Assembly: GCF_963921235.1 (NCBI RefSeq)
Contig: NC_086097.1
Coordinates: forward strand, 241,740,001-241,804,000
Source: Mobula hypostoma
Taxonomy: Eukaryota
Direction: 5' to 3'
DNA length: 64,000 nucleotides
The translations under genes and the position numbers were made by a program. The notes under the pieces were generated by a model. That model did no database searches and had not been told where the DNA came from. It saw only the letters and a program-made list of their open reading frames with translations. Positions 60,642 through 64,000 of this stretch are shown here, piece by piece; position 1 is the stretch's first letter, and each line of letters starts with the position of its first letter.

Positions 60642-60923
60642 ACAAACACGAGAAAACCTTCAGATGCATCTGATTGTTTTATTAACTATTACAACAACAG
60701 AACATGTACAAGAGAGAGGTGCTGAGAGAACAAAGAAAAAGAAAAAAATAGTCGTGGTCATCTCACATTCAGACTAGAGATAACAAAATTGCAGTAATAG
60801 CAATTAACCGAACGTATAACCAAGTGCGGTGACACCTGCTACAGAAACTTTCTACAAAATACAGAAGCAACTCTACTGTAATTACTGGAAAATTCACTGA
60901 ACAACTATATATATAGGTGACTA

Positions 60924-61293
60924 CAGTATTGTGCAGAAGTACATATATAGATAGGGTACCTTAAGACTTTTGTACAGCACTGTAGTTATTTTAATGTATT
61001 ACACTGTTCTGCTGCCGCAAAAAATATACAAATTTCATGACATGTGAGTGATGATAAACCTGATTCTGATATGGGTCTCTATTGTCCACTTGCACTACCC
61101 CAGGGCCCTAGCAGTCCCCTGCCACCTGTCGCACACCCCTCCCCCCCGTGCTCGACCCTCGCCATTCCCAACAACTTTGCTCCCGTCAATATTACAAACT
61201 CGCTCTCCACTCCACATTGACAAATACAGTACTGTGCAAAAATCTTTGGCACCCTAGCTATATAAATGTGCCTAAGACTTTTGCACGGAACTA
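60924..61293. mobile_element. Composite Tc1-like element, internally deleted copy
   Basis: Hairpin 60924-60982, Rex1-type tail at about 60990-61068, spacer, hairpin 61227-61293; TA at 60922-23. Confidence 0.82.
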
Positions 61294-61999
61294 CATATAA
61301 AAATACAAGAAAGGTAACAACGTTAATTAAAGATAACAGAGATAATCAAGAATAGTCAACATTCTACCACCAGCTTGAGTTCTAATAATTATATACCTGG
61401 AATCCCAATCAACTACTTTGGTTACAATACCAAATGGACTAGAAAGCAAAGCTTGTGGTATTTTAGCCCTGATGGAAAATCTACATCAGTACTGACTAGC
61501 ACCTGGCCAGACATCCTGCCAAAAACCTCAAGGATTGAAGACTAGATATCCTGATCTTCCAGCCCTTCTCAGCTACATCAGCTGGAGAAGCCAGACAATA
61601 CAAACTGCATTTGGTTGCCAAGGAATACGACTGCCATGTACAATTCACATATACAATGTGCAATTTTCATTAAACATGATTATGATTTCAAACGGTCATT
61701 GCTGTAAAGTGTGCAAGAGGGCAGGCAGTTTAAACCTATACAATCTGAAAAAGACGAGAAAATCTGCTGATGCTGGAAATTCAAAGCACACATACAAAAT
61801 GCTGGAGGAGATTAGCTGGTCAGGCATAATCTATGGAAACCTATGGACTGGAAAGGAAGGGGGGAAATCAGAGGAAGAAGGTGGGGGGGGGGAGAAGGAA
61901 GAATTACAAGGTGATTCCACCCCTCCAATTCTCCTAGTATTACCTGTCACCTACCACCTTGTACTTCTTCCTCCCCCACACCACCTTACTCTGACTTCC

Positions 62000-64000
62000 A
62001 GCAACACACACAAAATGCTGGTGAACGCAGCAGGCCAGACAGCATCCATAGGAAGAAGCACAGTTGACGTTTCAGGCCGAGACCCTTCGTCAGGACTAAC
62101 TGAAAGAAGAGATAGTAAGAGATTTTAAAGTTGGAGGGGGAGGGGGAGATCCAAAATGATAGGAGAAGACAGGAGGGGGAGGGATGGAGCCAAGAGCTGG
62201 AAAGTTGATTGGCAAAAGGGATACAAGGCTGGAGAAGGAAGAGGATCATGGGACGGGAGGCCAAGGGAGAAAGAAAGAGAGGGGAGCACCAGAGGAAGAT
62301 GGAGAGCAGGCAAGGAGTTATTATGAGAGGGACAGAGAGAGAGAGAGAGAGAGAAAGAAAAAATAAAAAACAAATAAGTAAATAAGGGATGGGGTAAGAA
62401 CGGGAGGAGAGGCATTAACGGAAGTTAGAGAAGTCAATGTTCATGCCATCAGAGGTTGGAGGCTACCCAGACAGAATATAAGGTGTTGTTCCTCCAACCT
62501 GAGTGTAGCTCCATCCTGAGAGGAGAGGAGGCCATGGATAGACATGTCAGAATGGGAATGGGATGTGGAATTAAAATGTGTGGCCACTGGGAGATCCTGC
62601 TTTCTCTGACGGACAGAGCGTAGGTGTTCAGCGAAACGGTCTCCCAGTCTGCATCGGGTTTTACAAATATATAAAGGATGTTCAATCCCTTCCCAACTAT
62701 GTTCATGACATTTCTTATGCTCTGGATTTTTTCGATGATTTTAAGTTCCCTGGCCCCCACCGCTTTATTTTCACCATGGATGTCCAGTCCCTATATACCT
62801 CCATCCCCCGCCATGAAGGTCTCAAAGCTCTCGCTTCTTTTTGGATTCCAGACCTAACCAGTTCCCCTCTACCACCACTCTCTTCCGTCTAGCGGAATTA
62901 GTCCTTACTCTTAATAATATCTCCTTTGGCTCCACCCACTTCCTCCAAACTAAAGGTGTAACCATGGGCACCCTTATGGGTCCTAGCTATGCTTGCCTTT
63001 TTGTTGGGTTTGTGGAACAAACTATGTTCTGTACCTATTCTGGTATCTGTCCCCCACTTTTTCTTCGCTACATCGGCATCTGCATTGGCGCTGCTTCCTG
63101 CACGCATGCTGAGCTCGTTGACTTTATTAACTTTGCCTCCAACTTTCACCCTGCCCTCAAGTTTACCTGGTCCATTTCCGACACCTCCCTCCCCTTTCTA
63201 GATCTTTCTGTCTATATCACTGGAGACAGCTCAGCTACTGATGTCTACGATAAGCCTACTGACTCTCACAGCTACTTGGACTATTCCTCTTCCCACCCTG
63301 TCTCTTGCAAAAATGCCATCCCCTTCTTGCAATTCCTCCGTCTCCGCCGCATCTGCTCTCAGGATGAGGCCTTTCATTCCAGGACAAAGGAGATGTCTTC
63401 CTTTTTTAAAGAGAGGGGCTTCCCTTCCTCCACCATCAACTCTGCTCTCGAATACATCTCCCCCCATTTCACGCACATCTGCTCTCACACCATCCTCCCG
63501 CCACCCCACTAGGAATAGGGTTCCTCTTGTCCTCACCTACCATCCCACCAGCCTCCGGGTCCAACATATAATTCTCCGTAACTTCCACCACCTCCAACGG
63601 GATCCCACCACTAAGCACATCTTTCCCTCTCCCCCATTTCTGCTTTCCGCAGAGATCGCTCCCTACGCAACTCCCTTGTCCATTCGTCCCCCCATCCCTT
63701 CCCACCAATCTCCCTCCCAGCACTTATCCTTGCAAGCAGAACAAGTGCTACACATGCACTTACACTTCCTCCCTCACCACCATTCAGGGCCCCAGACAGT
63801 CCTTCCAGGTGAGGCGACACTTCACCTGTGAGTCGGCTGGGGTGATATACTGTGTCCGGTGCTCCCGGTGCGGCCTTCTATATATTGGCGAAACCTGATG
63901 CAGGCTGGGAGACCGTTTCGCTGAACACCTACGCTCTGTCTGCCAGAGGAAGCAGGATCTCCCAGTGGCCACACATTTTAATTCCACGTCCCATTCCCAT
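62000..64000 (+). mobile_element. Penelope-like retroelement: inverted 3' segment (62000 to about 62678, minus) joined to a plus-strand RT plus GIY-YIG region (about 62680-64000)
   Basis: FTMDVQSLYTSIP, FLQTKGVTMGTLMGPSYACLF, FLRYI, LPFLDL, YDKPTDSHSYLDYSSSHP (PLE RT); hand-translated FTCESAGVIYCVRCSRCGLLYIGET*..RFAEH (GIY-YIG). Stop and frameshifts present; the catalytic YIDD reads YIGI. Confidence 0.95.
62061..62097 (-). ncRNA. Minimal hammerhead ribozyme motif (core intact, first stem I pair mismatched)
   Basis: agtc-CUGACGA-agggucucggccu-GAAA-CGUC-aacu on the minus strand, i.e. in the EIF3H pre-mRNA sense. Confidence 0.65.

Overview
Eukaryotic (vertebrate) DNA. The repeat content (HER1/CR1-type LINEs, V-domain tRNA SINEs, Rex1/Babar LINEs, Penelope elements) suggests a cartilaginous fish, probably a ray; this is an inference. 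The only host gene I can support is EIF3H on the minus strand: its last three coding exons (60095-60215, 56856-56988, 49841-49938) have canonical AG/GT splice sites and matching phases, with a poly(A) signal at 49690-49695. Positions 1-49,600 are intergenic, and the introns and intergenic DNA are mostly nested, decayed mobile elements: several CR1 families, Rex1/Babar, RTE, Penelope-like elements, tRNA-derived SINEs, four solo-LTR-like inserts, and Tc1 and hAT derivatives. Nearly all listed ORFs are TE fragments or antisense artefacts. The most notable observations are: (i) minimal hammerhead ribozyme motifs in the Penelope terminal repeats, one with an intact core and stem I; (ii) a repeated composite Tc1-like element whose terminal repeats are themselves palindromic mini-MITEs and which carries a captured LINE tail, one copy having grown a minisatellite next to the EIF3H last-exon acceptor; (iii) a CORE-like SINE with swapped tails, one matching an RTE LINE 3' end in the same window; (iv) multi-layer nested insertions with readable TSDs; (v) TE-free islands that are candidate conserved enhancers. 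I see no evidence of a new protein-coding system. TE boundaries were read by eye and are approximate unless a TSD is quoted.
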